Assembly: GCA_001566965.1 (NCBI GenBank) | Contig: LSNW01000036.1 | Span: 1-52,978 of the forward strand | Length of the DNA stretch: 52,978 nucleotides | Direction: 5' to 3' | Origin: Methylothermaceae bacteria B42 | GTDB lineage: Bacteria; Pseudomonadota; Gammaproteobacteria; Methylococcales; Methylothermaceae | Shown here: piece by piece, positions 19,762-32,635 of the stretch | Numbering within the stretch: position 1 is the first letter of the stretch | Layout of the letters: the number at the start of each line of letters is the position of its first letter | Made by a program: the position numbers and the translations under genes | Notes under the pieces: model-generated | Told to the model about the DNA's origin: nothing | Database searches by the model: none | What the model saw: the letters and a program-made list of their open reading frames with translations, nothing else

Positions 19762-21303
19762 ATGCAATTGAATCCAGCGGAAATCAGCGATCTTATCAAA
19801 GAGAAGATCAAGGAATTTGAAACGGGCGTGGAAGCCCGTACGGAAGGCACCATCGTCAGTTTGACCGATGGCATTGTGCGCATTCATGGATTGGAAGACG
19901 TCATGCACGGGGAAATGTTGGAATTTCCCGGCGACACATTTGGGATGGCGCTGAACTTGGAGCGTGATTCAGTGGGCGCCGTGGTCATGGGAGACTACCA
20001 ACACTTGGCCGAAGGCGACAGCGTGAAGTGTACCGGCCGGATTTTCCAGGTGCCAGTGGGAGAAGCTTTGTTGGGCCGGGTTGTCGATGCTTTGGGCCGT
20101 CCCATGGATGGTAAAGGACCGGTGGAAACCGATGTCTTTTCTCCCATTGAAAAAATCGCGCCTGGGGTAATTGCGCGCCAGTCCGTTGATCAGCCGCTGC
20201 AAACCGGATTGAAGGCGATTGACGCCATGATCCCCATTGGTCGTGGTCAGCGTGAGTTGATTATTGGTGACCGCCAGACCGGTAAAACCGCGATCGCCAT
20301 TGACACTATCATCAATCAAAAAGGGACCGGCGTTAAGTGTATCTATGTGGCGGTAGGGCAAAAACAATCCACGGTAGCCAACATCGTGCGCAAGCTGGAA
20401 GAGCACGGCGCCATGGAATTTACCACTGTGGTGGCGGCTACCGCTGCGGAAGCCGCGGCACTGCAGTTTATTGCGCCGTATGCCGGTTGCGCCATGGGCG
20501 AGTATTATCGTGACAAAGGCGAGGATGCGCTGATTATCTACGACGATTTAACCAAACAAGCCTGGGCCTACCGCCAAGTTTCCTTGTTGCTCCGACGGCC
20601 ACCAGGGCGAGAGGCGTACCCTGGGGATATTTTCTATCTCCACTCACGCTTGCTGGAACGGGCCGCCCGGATTAATGCCGAGGAAGTGGAGAAGCTCACC
20701 AACGGTAAAGTGAAAGGCCGTACTGGTTCCCTTACCGCGCTGCCAATCATTGAGACCCAGGCAGGCGATGTCTCGGCATTCGTGCCGACTAACGTGATTT
20801 CCATCACCGACGGCCAGATTTATCTGGAAACCGATCTGTTTAACGCCGGCATTCGGCCTGCGGTGAATCCGGGGATTTCCGTTTCCCGGGTAGGGGGCGC
20901 GGCCCAAACCAAGATCATCAAAAAATTGGGCGGCGGTATCCGCCTGGACTTGGCTCAATATCGGGAACTAGCTGCGTTTGCTCAATTTGCTTCGGACTTG
21001 GATGAAGCGACCCGCAAACAGATCGAACGCGGTCAGCGAGTAACCGAGCTCCTCAAGCAGCCTCAGTATTCCCCCATGTCCGTAGCGGAACAAGCGGTTT
21101 CCCTGTTTGCCGCCAATGAAGGCTATCTCGATGATATTCCAGTGAATAAGATCCGGGATTTCGAAGATGCGTTGCAGGATTTTATGCGCAGTGAATATGC
21201 GGATTTACTGGCCAAAATAAACGAGACCTGCGATTACAATGATGAAATCGCAGAAGCCTTGCATGAGGCCATCAAGAAATTCAAATCCACCCACACTTGG
21301 TAA
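19762..21303 (+). CDS. atpA: F0F1 ATP synthase subunit alpha
   Basis: 513 aa with P-loop GDRQTGKT and highly conserved alpha-subunit sequence throughout. Confidence 0.95.
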   Translation: MQLNPAEISDLIKEKIKEFETGVEARTEGTIVSLTDGIVRIHGLEDVMHGEMLEFPGDTFGMALNLERDSVGAVVMGDYQHLAEGDSVKCTGRIFQVPVGEALLGRVVDALGRPMDGKGPVETDVFSPIEKIAPGVIARQSVDQPLQTGLKAIDAMIPIGRGQRELIIGDRQTGKTAIAIDTIINQKGTGVKCIYVAVGQKQSTVANIVRKLEEHGAMEFTTVVAATAAEAAALQFIAPYAGCAMGEYYRDKGEDALIIYDDLTKQAWAYRQVSLLLRRPPGREAYPGDIFYLHSRLLERAARINAEEVEKLTNGKVKGRTGSLTALPIIETQAGDVSAFVPTNVISITDGQIYLETDLFNAGIRPAVNPGISVSRVGGAAQTKIIKKLGGGIRLDLAQYRELAAFAQFASDLDEATRKQIERGQRVTELLKQPQYSPMSVAEQAVSLFAANEGYLDDIPVNKIRDFEDALQDFMRSEYADLLAKINETCDYNDEIAEALHEAIKKFKSTHTW

Positions 21304-21309
21304 AAGCTA

Positions 21310-23597
<2,288 letters not shown>

Positions 23598-23610
23598 TAG
23601 GTAAACCACG

Positions 23611-24045
23611 ATGGCAATGATTATTCATGTGGATATCGTCAGCGCGGAGGAGGAAATCTACTCCGGCCAGGCGGAAATGGTTTTCGCCCCTGCCGAATTG
23701 GGAGAGGTGGGGATCGCGCCCCGCCACGCGCCTTTCCTGGCGCGCTTGCAATCCGGGGAAGTGCGCGTCAAGACTACCTCCGGAGAGGAGCTTCCGTTTT
23801 TTGTTTCCGGCGGTATGATTGAAGTCCAGCCGCATATTGTGACAGTGTTGGCTGATACCGCGGTTCGCGCGCGCGATATTGACGAAGCGGCAGCTTTGGA
23901 AGCCAAGCGCCGGGCCGAAGAGGCATTGAAGGATCGATCCGGGAAAATCGATTATGCCAAAGCACAAGCCGAATTGGCGGAAGCGGTCAAACAGCTTCAA
24001 GTGCTGGAGCGTTACAAGAAACACAAAGGCCGTTTCGAAAAATAA
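23611..24045 (+). CDS. atpC: F0F1 ATP synthase subunit epsilon
   Basis: 144 aa with the conserved epsilon N-terminal beta-sandwich sequence (HVDIVSAEEEIYSG). Confidence 0.9.
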   Translation: MAMIIHVDIVSAEEEIYSGQAEMVFAPAELGEVGIAPRHAPFLARLQSGEVRVKTTSGEELPFFVSGGMIEVQPHIVTVLADTAVRARDIDEAAALEAKRRAEEALKDRSGKIDYAKAQAELAEAVKQLQVLERYKKHKGRFEK

Positions 24046-24068
24046 CCGTTCTTCAATCAATTCAATTT

Positions 24069-24119
24069 AAGCCCGTTGAATCCTGATGAACCCGGATTCA
24101 ACGGGCTTTTTTGTTTTGA
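24069..24119 (+). terminator. Rho-independent terminator of the atp operon
   Basis: A perfect 15-bp stem, AAGCCCGTTGAATCC ... GGATTCAACGGGCTT, followed by TTTTTTGTTTT. Confidence 0.8.
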
Positions 24120-24229
24120 TGATTGCATGAATTTGGACTAATCTTTATATCATCAATTTTCTCTCCTTCACCTGATTTATTCGATGCCTGCTTGGTTGTG
24201 AAACGCTTTATAACAAGGAAAGAAGCATT

Positions 24230-25600
24230 ATGAAACTTCATGTCATTATCCTCGCTGCGGGACAGGGCACTCGCATGCGTTCAGATTTGCCAAAGGTATT
24301 ACACACAATTGGCGGTCGGCCATTACTGCAGCATGTAATAGAAACCGCCCAACAATTAGAGCCGGACAGTATCAACGTGGTTTACGGACATGGCGCCGAT
24401 CAAGTATTGGCAAGATTTTCCGGCTGGCCGGTGCAGTGGGTAGAGCAAGCGGAGCAGTTAGGCACGGGTCACGCAGTCCAGCAAGTGGCTCTGCCCGATG
24501 ATAATGGCATTGTTTTAATCTTTTATGGCGATGTTCCTTTATTGAGAGCACATACCTTGCAGCGCCTTCTGCAAACAGCGGAATCGGAGCGGTTGGCGCT
24601 GTTGACGGTGAAGCTGGACAATCCCACCGGCTATGGGCGGATTGTCCGGGATAGTCAGGGACAGGTTCAGCGGATAGTGGAAGAAAAAGATGCCAATGAG
24701 GCAGAGAAAGCGATTAACGAAGTCAATACCGGCATCATGGCTTTGCCGGTTTCTTATTTAAACAAGTGGCTGAACCGTCTGGAAAACAATAATGCCCAAG
24801 GGGAATACTATCTGACCGATGTGATTGCCATGGCGGTTGATGATGGGGTGGTGGTTGAAACCGTGCTGGCAGAGAACGAATGTGAAGTGCAAGGCATTAA
24901 CAATAAACGCCAACTGGCGGAACTGGAACGGGCGTATCAGGAATCCCAAGCAGAAAGGCTGATGGACCAAGGGGTGACTTTGCGCGATCCCAAGCGTTTT
25001 GACCTTCGGGGCGAAGTAGAAGTCGGCCGGGATGTAGAGATAGATGTTAATGTGGTGCTGGAGGGACAAGTCAAATTGGGCAATCGGGTCAAAATCGGCC
25101 CCAATGTGGTGATTTGCAATGCCATGGTTGACGACGATGTGGAAATATTGGCCAACAGCCACATCGACGATGCCTGGATTGGCGCGGGCAGCCGTATCGG
25201 CCCCTTTGCCCGATTGCGTCCTGGGACCCGCCTGGCGCGGGAGACCCATATTGGCAATTTTGTGGAGATCAAGAAATCCTCCGTCGGCGAAGGTTCGAAA
25301 ATCAATCACCTGAGCTATGTGGGTGATAGTGAGGTTGGCAATAGCGTTAATATTGGCGCGGGCACCATTACCTGTAATTACGATGGGGTCAATAAATTTA
25401 AGACTATTATTGAAGATGGGGCATTCATCGGTTCGGATACCCAATTAGTAGCGCCTGTGAAAGTGGGCAAGGATGCGACCATCGGCGCCGGTTCCACCAT
25501 TACCCGGGATGCGCCGGAAGGGAAATTGACGTTAAGCCGGAGTAAACAAATTACCGTGGATAATTGGCAGCGGCCTAAGAAATTGGAGCAAGAGAGGTAA
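24230..25600 (+). CDS. glmU: Bifunctional UDP-N-acetylglucosamine pyrophosphorylase / glucosamine-1-phosphate N-acetyltransferase GlmU
   Basis: N-terminus [18 protein letters not shown] (nucleotidyltransferase domain) and C-terminal left-handed beta-helix hexapeptide repeats; 456 aa. Confidence 0.95.
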   Translation: MKLHVIILAAGQGTRMRSDLPKVLHTIGGRPLLQHVIETAQQLEPDSINVVYGHGADQVLARFSGWPVQWVEQAEQLGTGHAVQQVALPDDNGIVLIFYGDVPLLRAHTLQRLLQTAESERLALLTVKLDNPTGYGRIVRDSQGQVQRIVEEKDANEAEKAINEVNTGIMALPVSYLNKWLNRLENNNAQGEYYLTDVIAMAVDDGVVVETVLAENECEVQGINNKRQLAELERAYQESQAERLMDQGVTLRDPKRFDLRGEVEVGRDVEIDVNVVLEGQVKLGNRVKIGPNVVICNAMVDDDVEILANSHIDDAWIGAGSRIGPFARLRPGTRLARETHIGNFVEIKKSSVGEGSKINHLSYVGDSEVGNSVNIGAGTITCNYDGVNKFKTIIEDGAFIGSDTQLVAPVKVGKDATIGAGSTITRDAPEGKLTLSRSKQITVDNWQRPKKLEQER

Positions 25601-25605
25601 CAGAT

Positions 25606-27435
25606 ATGTGTGGCATAGTTGGCGCAGTGGCGCAAAGAAATGTGGTACCAATTCTTTTGGAGGGGCTGCGGCGATTGGAATATCGCGGCTATGACTCTGC
25701 CGGGATAGCGGTGATTGACGAAGGGCAAATCAAAAGGAAACGCCGGCGTGGGAAAGTGGCGGAATTGGCGGAAGCGTTCAAGGATGACCCTTTTACTGGG
25801 CTGACCGGCATCGCCCATACCCGCTGGGCCACCCACGGCGTTCCCAGCGAACAAAATGCCCACCCCCATATCTGCCGGGATACCGTGGCCCTAGTTCATA
25901 ACGGCATCATCGAAAACCACGAGGCATTGCGCCGCGAGCAGAAAGATCAAGGATACGAGTTTACATCCCAAACCGATACCGAAGTCATCGTCCACGCGGT
26001 CTATGACCAAATGCGCTATACCGATTCGCTGCTGACTGCGGTTCAAGAAACAGTAAAACAGCTAGATGGCGCCTACGCTTTGGGCGTAATCAGTACATCG
26101 GAGCCAAACAAATTAGTGGCTTGCCGCAAAGGCAGTCCTTTGGTGATTGGCATCGGCATCGGCGAATATTTCATTGCCTCGGATATTTCCGCATTATTGC
26201 CGGTCACCCAGCGCTTCATTTTTCTGGAAGACGGGGATATTGCGGAGGTTACCCTCGACGGCGTGACTATTTTTAATGAACAAGGCGAGCAGGTCGAACG
26301 GCCGATCAAGGAAAGCGAAGTCAACCTGGATGCGGTGGAGCGCGGTGAATACCGCCACTACATGCTCAAGGAAATCTTCGAGCAGCCCCGTGCAATTTCG
26401 GAAACGCTGGAAGGCCGCTTCAGCGGTCTGAAATTGCTGGAACAGTCCTTTGGCAATCAAGCTTCAGAAGTGTTTGATAACGTCAAGGCGGTACAAATAC
26501 TGGCCTGTGGCACCAGCTACCACGCGGGACTGATAGCCAAATACTGGTTCGAATCCCTTGCTGGGATCCCGTGCAATGTGGAGATTGCCAGTGAGTATCG
26601 GTATCGCGAGCCGGTACTTCTGCCCAATACGTTGGTAGTGACCATTTCCCAATCCGGCGAGACCGCCGATACCTTGGCTGCTTTGGAAGAAGCAAAGCGC
26701 CTCGGCGCAATGCATTCCTTGTCCATTTGCAATGTGCAAGAAAGCTCCCTGGTGCGCGAATCTGATCTAGTGTTATTGACCCGCGCCGGTCCTGAAATTG
26801 GCGTGGCTTCCACCAAGGCTTTTACCACCCAATTGGTAGCGTTGATGATGTTGGTCATTGCTCTGGGGCGGCGATTCAAGCTGGATAAAGTGACGGAAAA
26901 GCGCATTGCTTCCCAGCTTTTTTCCTTGCCGGCACGGATTGAGGATGTACTGGGGTTGAATCAGGAAATCAAGGAATTCTCCGAGCATTTCGCCGATAAG
27001 CACCACGCTTTATTTCTTGGCCGGGGCAGTCATTATCCGGTCGCCATGGAGGGAGCCTTGAAGCTTAAGGAAATTTCCTATATCCACGCTGAGGCTTATC
27101 CAGCCGGGGAATTGAAACATGGCCCGCTGGCGCTGGTGGATGCGGAAATGCCCGTCATTGCCGTGGCCCCCAACAATAGCTTGCTGGAAAAGCTGAAATC
27201 CAATCTGCAAGAGGTGAAGGCCCGGGGCGGTGAGTTGATTGTATTTGCCGATGAAACCCTGGATGTCCACCCGGACGAAAACACCCACGTCATGCGGGTG
27301 ACGCCGGCGGAAAACGAAATGTCGCCAGTAATTTTCACCGTGCCCTTGCAACTGCTGGCCTATCATGTTGCGGTTATCAAAGGCACGGATGTGGATCAGC
27401 CGCGTAATTTGGCCAAGTCAGTAACAGTCGAATAA
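25606..27435 (+). CDS. glmS: Glutamine--fructose-6-phosphate aminotransferase GlmS
   Basis: N-terminal MCGIVGAV (Ntn amidotransferase Cys1), two SIS domains, C-terminal ...KSVTVE; 609 aa. Confidence 0.95.
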   Translation: MCGIVGAVAQRNVVPILLEGLRRLEYRGYDSAGIAVIDEGQIKRKRRRGKVAELAEAFKDDPFTGLTGIAHTRWATHGVPSEQNAHPHICRDTVALVHNGIIENHEALRREQKDQGYEFTSQTDTEVIVHAVYDQMRYTDSLLTAVQETVKQLDGAYALGVISTSEPNKLVACRKGSPLVIGIGIGEYFIASDISALLPVTQRFIFLEDGDIAEVTLDGVTIFNEQGEQVERPIKESEVNLDAVERGEYRHYMLKEIFEQPRAISETLEGRFSGLKLLEQSFGNQASEVFDNVKAVQILACGTSYHAGLIAKYWFESLAGIPCNVEIASEYRYREPVLLPNTLVVTISQSGETADTLAALEEAKRLGAMHSLSICNVQESSLVRESDLVLLTRAGPEIGVASTKAFTTQLVALMMLVIALGRRFKLDKVTEKRIASQLFSLPARIEDVLGLNQEIKEFSEHFADKHHALFLGRGSHYPVAMEGALKLKEISYIHAEAYPAGELKHGPLALVDAEMPVIAVAPNNSLLEKLKSNLQEVKARGGELIVFADETLDVHPDENTHVMRVTPAENEMSPVIFTVPLQLLAYHVAVIKGTDVDQPRNLAKSVTVE

Positions 27436-27445
27436 CTTCCAGGAA

Positions 27446-27490
27446 ACCCCTTGTCACGATAAGGTGGCAAGGGGGAATTTTCTTTCTCCT
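27446..27490 (+). terminator. Rho-independent terminator after glmS
   Basis: GC-rich imperfect hairpin CCCCTTGTCAC...GTGGCAAGGGGG followed by a T-rich run (AATTTTCTTTCTCC). Confidence 0.55.
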
Positions 27491-27549
27491 TTGGATTTTT
27501 CCGCTATCTAGTGCAAGATAAAGGTTCATTCAACAACAGGAGGTTGCTA

Positions 27550-27966
27550 ATGAACCGCAGAATTTTCCTTCAATTCACTGCAGCAAGTTCGGTTACAGGT
27601 CTAGTTTTGCCAAATGTTGCCCAGGCCAAGCCGCAATTGGCTGGGGGACTCTATTACACCCGCGAAGCGCCGGGAAGGTGGAAAGGCAAGGAAGGTGGGC
27701 ATGTGCCTAAAATCCAGATTTCCAAGGACAAAGGCACCGTTCGAGTCCAAGTGATAACCGCCCATGAGATGAACGGATGCGAGCATTACATCGTCAAGCA
27801 TATTGTCCTCGATGGAAAATACCGGTTTCTCGATGAGCATATGTTTGATCCAGAAAATGACCAGGAACCAGTTTCCCTGTTTTCATTGGGCCGCTATAGG
27901 GGCCAGATTTATGTCTTGAGTGTATGTAACAAGCACGACACCTGGCTCAACAGCACCTTGGTTTGA
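27550..27966 (+). CDS. Tat-signal desulfoferrodoxin/superoxide-reductase-like (Dfx domain II family) protein, predicted periplasmic
   Basis: Twin-arginine signal (MNRRIFLQFTAASSVTGLVLPNVAQA). Putative Fe ligands are in SOR-like spacing: GGHVPKI, HEMNGCEHYIVKH and CNKHDTW (compare CN-x-H-x-x-W of SORs). The start was refined to ATG 27550, which has an AGGAGG RBS. Confidence 0.65.
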   Translation: MNRRIFLQFTAASSVTGLVLPNVAQAKPQLAGGLYYTREAPGRWKGKEGGHVPKIQISKDKGTVRVQVITAHEMNGCEHYIVKHIVLDGKYRFLDEHMFDPENDQEPVSLFSLGRYRGQIYVLSVCNKHDTWLNSTLV

Positions 27967-28079
27967 TCTTTCCCACCACATTGGTAAGGCCTTACTTCTG
28001 ACTATACTTAAAGGGAAGCTGTAACCGGACCGCATCGGTTACAAATTATTCTTGAAATATAAGACAGCGTGGGTGAGGT

Positions 28080-28505
28080 ATGTATCAAACCGGTTGGTTC
28101 AAAACGGTTGCAAAGGTTTTCATCGTTTTTTTTGTTTGCGTATCTTTAAGCTGGGCGGGAGAAGATGAGGAAGAAGGCGCTTCTTCCGCCCCAGAAATTG
28201 AATATTTGCCTGTTAAACCCAAATTGATTGTGAATTTGGATGGGAGGCGCCATTATCTGAGGGCGGATATACAATTACTTGTGGAGGATAAAGAAAATCT
28301 CGAGCGAATACGTAAACATCTCCCCTTGATTCGCCATGCGTTGATCATGCACTTTAGTAATTTACCGATGCAGAAAGTGGCGGATATATCCCAGCGGGAG
28401 CAATTACGGGAAAGCGCGTTAAATGAGATTAGAAAGGTATTGGACCGTTATTCAGACAGCTATGGGCTCAAGGATGTTTTCTTTACTGAATTTTTGGTGC
28501 AATAG
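28080..28505 (+). CDS. FliL-family (flagellar basal-body-associated FliL-like) membrane protein
   Basis: N-terminal TM helix, then YLPVKPKLIVNL..GRRHYLRADIQLLVEDKENLE...IRHALIMHFSNLP...ISQREQLRESALNEIRKVL...DVFFTEFLVQ, matching the FliL domain consensus. No other flagellar genes are nearby. Confidence 0.7.
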   Translation: MYQTGWFKTVAKVFIVFFVCVSLSWAGEDEEEGASSAPEIEYLPVKPKLIVNLDGRRHYLRADIQLLVEDKENLERIRKHLPLIRHALIMHFSNLPMQKVADISQREQLRESALNEIRKVLDRYSDSYGLKDVFFTEFLVQ

Positions 28506-28546
28506 GGTATGATTTTCCTGTCTTAAGCAAGTCAAGGAGAATGATC

Positions 28547-28891
28547 ATGCCCTACTTTCATGTTCAGACCAATATTTCAATTCCAGAAGATCGAGCAGAT
28601 GGTTTTTTAACTGAAGCTTCCAAACGGCTTGCCAAAGAATTAGGCAAGCCGGAACGCTATGTCATGGTGGAATTGACCGCTGCCACCCATTTACGCTTTT
28701 CCGGGAATAAAGAACCGGCAGCCTATGTGGAATTAAAAAGCATTGGGCTATCCGAAGCCCAAACACAACCCCTGGCGAGCTTTGTCTGCAGCTTTCTTGA
28801 AGAACAACTGAATATTCCTGCTTCCAGGGTTTATATTGAATTTATTAACATCCCCGGCAAGTTCTGGGGGTGGAATGGCGGAACCTTTTAG
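28547..28891 (+). CDS. MIF/tautomerase-superfamily protein (Pro-1 tautomerase)
   Basis: ATG 28547 gives MPYFHVQTNISIPE..., the Met-Pro N-terminus and beta-alpha-beta fold length (~114 aa) of phenylpyruvate tautomerase/MIF homologs. RBS AAGGAGA. Confidence 0.7.
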   Translation: MPYFHVQTNISIPEDRADGFLTEASKRLAKELGKPERYVMVELTAATHLRFSGNKEPAAYVELKSIGLSEAQTQPLASFVCSFLEEQLNIPASRVYIEFINIPGKFWGWNGGTF

Positions 28892-28943
28892 GAGCAGAAA
28901 TCCTTTTAATAGCGGGGTCTAAAGCCCCGCTACTTCGCGAGAA

Positions 28944-29441
28944 TTAATGCCAGCCACTGTATTGTTTCGTGAGATCACCTTTAAATCCACTGGATGTGCG
29001 TTTGCCTCCTTGCGTCGGGCGCTGGTTAATAGCGGCGCCAGCCGCGCGGGCGATGTTTTCGGGGGTCAAACCGCCTTGACCGAGGGCGGATTTGACAACC
29101 AAATCCGTCATCGGACTGATGTCCTGTTCTTCCACTAAATCGCTGGTCACCACGGCTTGAAAGACTTTATTGCGTTCCTGAGGTAATGTGGCTTTGAGCA
29201 ACACCGGATAATTGGCATTGGCCGGCAGGGTGATCTGATAGCGACCTTCCCCTTTGACCTGCGCCTTGGCAATGATCTGACCGCGGCTGTCAACTGCCTC
29301 AATACGGGCCTTTTCGGCGGGTCCTTCTTCTCCGATGACCAATCCTTCGATGACGGTCGATTTAGCCGAACTGCTTTGTCCGCCGCTTTCGCAACCAACG
29401 GCAAGAAAGGCAAACAAAATGGGTAAAATGATCAAGCGCAT
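28944..29441 (-). CDS. Lipoprotein with carboxypeptidase-regulatory-like (Ig-like) fold; function unknown
   Basis: Lipobox LAVGC after an 11-residue h-region, Ser/Gly-rich linker, 165 aa; RBS AGGAGA. Confidence 0.6.
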   Translation of the reverse strand: MRLIILPILFAFLAVGCESGGQSSSAKSTVIEGLVIGEEGPAEKARIEAVDSRGQIIAKAQVKGEGRYQITLPANANYPVLLKATLPQERNKVFQAVVTSDLVEEQDISPMTDLVVKSALGQGGLTPENIARAAGAAINQRPTQGGKRTSSGFKGDLTKQYSGWH

Positions 29442-29474
29442 AACTGTCTCCTCTGGGTTGAAAATGAGTAATGA

Positions 29475-29786
29475 TTATGTTTCCGACTTTTGTTTCTGAC
29501 GTTGCCGCGCTTCGTAGGCCTTTAGCTGCTGCGGCGTGGCTTCCGTCTGAAACTGTTTTTTCCATTCAGAGTAAGGCATGCCATAAACTATTTCTTGAGC
29601 CTTTGGGTAGTCGATTTCAATGCCCCTGGCCTCCGCCTCTGCCTTAATCCATTTAGCCAGACAGTTCCGGCAAAAATCGGCGGTAATCATCAAATCGATA
29701 TTTTGTACTTCAGTGTGGGTTTGTAAATGCTGAATCAGCCTTCTGAAAACAGCAGCTTCAATTTCGGTTTGGCTTTGTTTGTCCAT
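29475..29786 (-). CDS. DUF1244 family protein
   Basis: 103 aa containing FCRNCLAKW and an overall match to DUF1244 small proteins. Confidence 0.65.
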   Translation of the reverse strand: MDKQSQTEIEAAVFRRLIQHLQTHTEVQNIDLMITADFCRNCLAKWIKAEAEARGIEIDYPKAQEIVYGMPYSEWKKQFQTEATPQQLKAYEARQRQKQKSET

Positions 29787-29879
29787 GGGTAATATTTACT
29801 TAATAGGTAATAAACTGGTGCTATACTTGCACTGCAAGCCATGACAGGATAGCATAGCCAAGCATATCTTGGGCCCGCT

Positions 29880-30173
29880 ATGAAGATTGTAAATCATATT
29901 ATAAAACCGCCGGTGAGGTTGCCAACCGAGGCGGCACGTAAGGAGAAACTAAATCCGGTAACTGCGGTCGAACCAACGCACAAACCGGAAAGGGATGGTA
30001 ATGGCGGTGGCTCTCTCACGCATTGGTTTGAAGCCGCGGCTAAACATGGCCTGCAATTGGATAAGAATTTAAACCTGCGGGCGCAAAAGGCGCTTTCAGT
30101 CTATGCTAGCTATCAATCCATACCGGCTGAAAATCCTTCTAATATCGTATATGGCATAGATCTTTACGTTTGA
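29880..30173 (+). CDS. Hypothetical small protein (97 aa)
   Basis: Intact ORF 25 nt upstream of yciB on the same strand, with no recognisable domain and a weak RBS. Confidence 0.3.
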   Translation: MKIVNHIIKPPVRLPTEAARKEKLNPVTAVEPTHKPERDGNGGGSLTHWFEAAAKHGLQLDKNLNLRAQKALSVYASYQSIPAENPSNIVYGIDLYV

Positions 30174-30197
30174 CACGTGCTTTGAATTTGGAATGTT

Positions 30198-30746
30198 ATG
30201 AAACTGCTGTTCGATTTCTTTCCCATCATCCTTTTCTTTGTCGCTTACAAGTTTCAAGGAATTTATGTTGCGACCATGGTGGCAATTGCAGCCACCTTCA
30301 TTCAAGTGGGGCTGGTGTGGATAAAACACCGCCGGGTGGAGCCGATGCATTTGGTTACCTTGGTTTTGATCGCCGTCTTCGGTGGCGCGACATTGTATCT
30401 CCACGACGAACAGTTCATAAAATGGAAGCCCACCGTCATCAACTGGTTGTTCGGAGTGGCTTTTCTTGCCAGTCAGTTTTTTGGCAAGGCCCCCTTCATT
30501 CAGCGAATGATGGGGGGGAATGTGGAATTGCCGCAACCGGTCTGGTACAAGCTTAACCTCAGTTGGGCGCTATTCTTTATTTTCCTGGGGGCAGTCAACT
30601 TATTTGTCATTTATAACTTTAATACGGATATTTGGGTTAATTTCAAACTGTTTGGCATGCTAGGGCTGACTTTCGCCTTTGTCCTGCTGCAGGCAGTTTT
30701 CTTGTCCCGCTACATGCCGGAGCCTGAATCCAGCACCAAGGAATGA
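30198..30746 (+). CDS. yciB: Intracellular septation protein A (YciB/IspZ)
   Basis: 182-aa 5-TM protein beginning [19 protein letters not shown], canonical YciB. Confidence 0.9.
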   Translation: MKLLFDFFPIILFFVAYKFQGIYVATMVAIAATFIQVGLVWIKHRRVEPMHLVTLVLIAVFGGATLYLHDEQFIKWKPTVINWLFGVAFLASQFFGKAPFIQRMMGGNVELPQPVWYKLNLSWALFFIFLGAVNLFVIYNFNTDIWVNFKLFGMLGLTFAFVLLQAVFLSRYMPEPESSTKE

Positions 30747-31051
30747 ATTTGCTGTATGCCATCATTTGTGAAGACGCCGACAACAGTCTGAATCTGCGCC
30801 GCGAAAATAGACCCGCTCACCTCCAGCGTTTGGAGAAATTACAGGACGATGGGCGTCTGGTTTTGGCAGGGCCTCATCCCGCTATTGATTCTCCCGATCC
30901 TGGCGAAGCCGGCTTCACGGGCAGCCTGATAGTCGCTGAATTTCCCAGTCTGGAAGCAGCTAAAAAATGGGTTGATGAAGATCCTTATCTTAAGGCGGGT
31001 GTCTATCAAAAAGTCATTATTAAACCCTTTCTCAAGGTATTCCCAAAATGA
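30743..31051 (+). CDS. YciI-family protein
   Basis: 102 aa with the YciI-like ferredoxin-fold sequence (LVLAGPHP...); overlaps its neighbours. Confidence 0.8.
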   Translation: MNLLYAIICEDADNSLNLRRENRPAHLQRLEKLQDDGRLVLAGPHPAIDSPDPGEAGFTGSLIVAEFPSLEAAKKWVDEDPYLKAGVYQKVIIKPFLKVFPK

Positions 31052-31326
31052 GTAATCGAGTTGCAATGATCCAGCAGCGGCTGGAAAAATTGTCTCCAAT
31101 CAAAATAGAGCTTGTGGACGCAAGCGCGGATCATGCTGGCCACGCCCAGGCGGGTGGCGCCGGGCACTTTTTTCTGACTATCGTCTCAGAGCATTTTGCA
31201 GGCAAAAACCCAGTACAGCGCCACCAACTGGTTTACCAAACACTGGGCGATTTGATGCAAAGTGAAATCCACGCCCTGAGCATTAAGGCTTTTACCCCCG
31301 ATGAATATCAAACTACTGAGGACTAA
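31048..31326 (+). CDS. BolA-family protein
   Basis: 92 aa with [10 protein letters not shown] ... [13 protein letters not shown] (BolA motifs). Confidence 0.85.
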   Translation: MSNRVAMIQQRLEKLSPIKIELVDASADHAGHAQAGGAGHFFLTIVSEHFAGKNPVQRHQLVYQTLGDLMQSEIHALSIKAFTPDEYQTTED

Positions 31327-31330
31327 TTGA

Positions 31331-32344
31331 ATGAAAAAAACGTTTGCTTTAACAACATTATCTTTCGCCATTTTGGCGGGCTGCAATGCCGGCAGTAACA
31401 AAAGCGGTGGCCTGACTTTAGCGCCTATCGACGAAAAAGATGCGGTAGCCATGGTCAATGGCCAGCCCATCAGTCGCCAGGCATTGGAATATGTGAAAGC
31501 GGATATCGCCCGTGGCAATCCCAATGCAAAAATTGACGTGCCTGAAGAAAAGCTGGTGGAAGAATTGATCAGCCATGAATTACTCAAACAAGAGGCAGTT
31601 CAGCAGCAACTTCCCAAGCAGCCAGAAGTGGCAGCAAAAGTGCGTTACGCTCAACGGGCGGTATTGTCTCGGGCAGATGTGCAAGAATACTTGAAAAATC
31701 ATCCCGTCACCGAGGAGCAACTGCGGGCAGAATACGACAAATTAGTGGGCGCGATGAAGCAGAAGGAATTCAAAGCCCGCCACATTTTGGTCAAAACCAA
31801 GGAAGAAGCCGAGTCTATTATTAAAAAGCTGGAAAAGGGCAAGGACTTTGCCGAGTTGGCAAAGAAATATTCCACCGGACCTTCCGCCGCAAGCGGTGGG
31901 GATCTGGGCTGGTTCGTGCCGCAGCGGATGGTGCCTGCCTTTTCTGAAGCCGTGGTTAAGTTGAAGGATGGCGAATACACCAAAGAACCAGTACAAACCC
32001 GCTTTGGCTGGCACGTCATTTTGCGGGAGGACTCCCGGGAAAAAACCCCACCGCCTTTTGAGCAGGTCAAGCCACAAGTGGAAAATATGCTCAAGCGCAA
32101 GCTCATCCAAGAACACATCAAAGAGCTACGGGAAAAAGCGGACGTTAAAATTCTGACAGCGACTGCTGCAGCACCTGAAGCGGCGCCTGCGGAAGAAAAG
32201 CCTGAAACTTCCGAGCAACCTGCACCAGATGCTTCGAAGGAACAGGTGCCAGCGCCAGCCCAGGCAACCCCGGCGCCGTCTGAATCCAAGGCGGAACCTG
32301 CAAAACCACAGGAAAAGGCAGCTCAAGCAGAGCCAAAGTCTTAA
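31331..32344 (+). CDS. Parvulin-type (PpiC) peptidyl-prolyl cis-trans isomerase lipoprotein with a C-terminal low-complexity tail
   Basis: Lipobox LAGC; PpiC domain (ARHILVKTKEEAESIIKKLEKGKDFAELAKKYSTGPSAASGGDLGWF...FGWHVI); the last ~60 aa are Ala/Pro/Glu/Lys-rich. Confidence 0.85.
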   Translation: MKKTFALTTLSFAILAGCNAGSNKSGGLTLAPIDEKDAVAMVNGQPISRQALEYVKADIARGNPNAKIDVPEEKLVEELISHELLKQEAVQQQLPKQPEVAAKVRYAQRAVLSRADVQEYLKNHPVTEEQLRAEYDKLVGAMKQKEFKARHILVKTKEEAESIIKKLEKGKDFAELAKKYSTGPSAASGGDLGWFVPQRMVPAFSEAVVKLKDGEYTKEPVQTRFGWHVILREDSREKTPPPFEQVKPQVENMLKRKLIQEHIKELREKADVKILTATAAAPEAAPAEEKPETSEQPAPDASKEQVPAPAQATPAPSESKAEPAKPQEKAAQAEPKS

Positions 32345-32552
32345 ATTCCACCTAACTTTGCAAGTGATTCGAGACCAAGGGTGTCAAGCAAGGCTTTGGG
32401 CAAGGCGGCAAGCCGCTTTTCGCACAGGCGTGGCAGCGCTACTTCGAGCATAAAATGAGTGCAGCCAACGCAGCATAAAGGCTTGATTTGGCAGCCGAAT
32501 GCCAAAACACTTGCAGAATTTAGGTTTTAGCTTAACCCAAGCTAATTTAAGC

Positions 32553-32582
32553 AAAGGCGCCTTAATGGCGCCTTTGTTGTTT
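32553..32582. terminator. Bidirectional rho-independent terminator between the PPIase gene and the convergent GGDEF gene
   Basis: AAAGGCGCC-TTAAT-GGCGCCTTT followed by GTTGTTT. The plus-strand U-tract is clear; minus-strand function is inferred. Confidence 0.75.
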
Positions 32583-32635
32583 AACCCGGATATTTCACCA
32601 GCATCCCGGATGGATGGTGAAATATCCGGGTTAAA
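32581..32635. repeat. REP-like palindromic element (20-bp perfect inverted arms, 15-nt spacer)
   Basis: TTAACCCGGATATTTCACCA / TGGTGAAATATCCGGGTTAA. It shares the core CCCGGATATTTCACCAGC with the repeat pair at 40101-40242 and overlaps the stop codon of the GGDEF gene. Confidence 0.75.
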
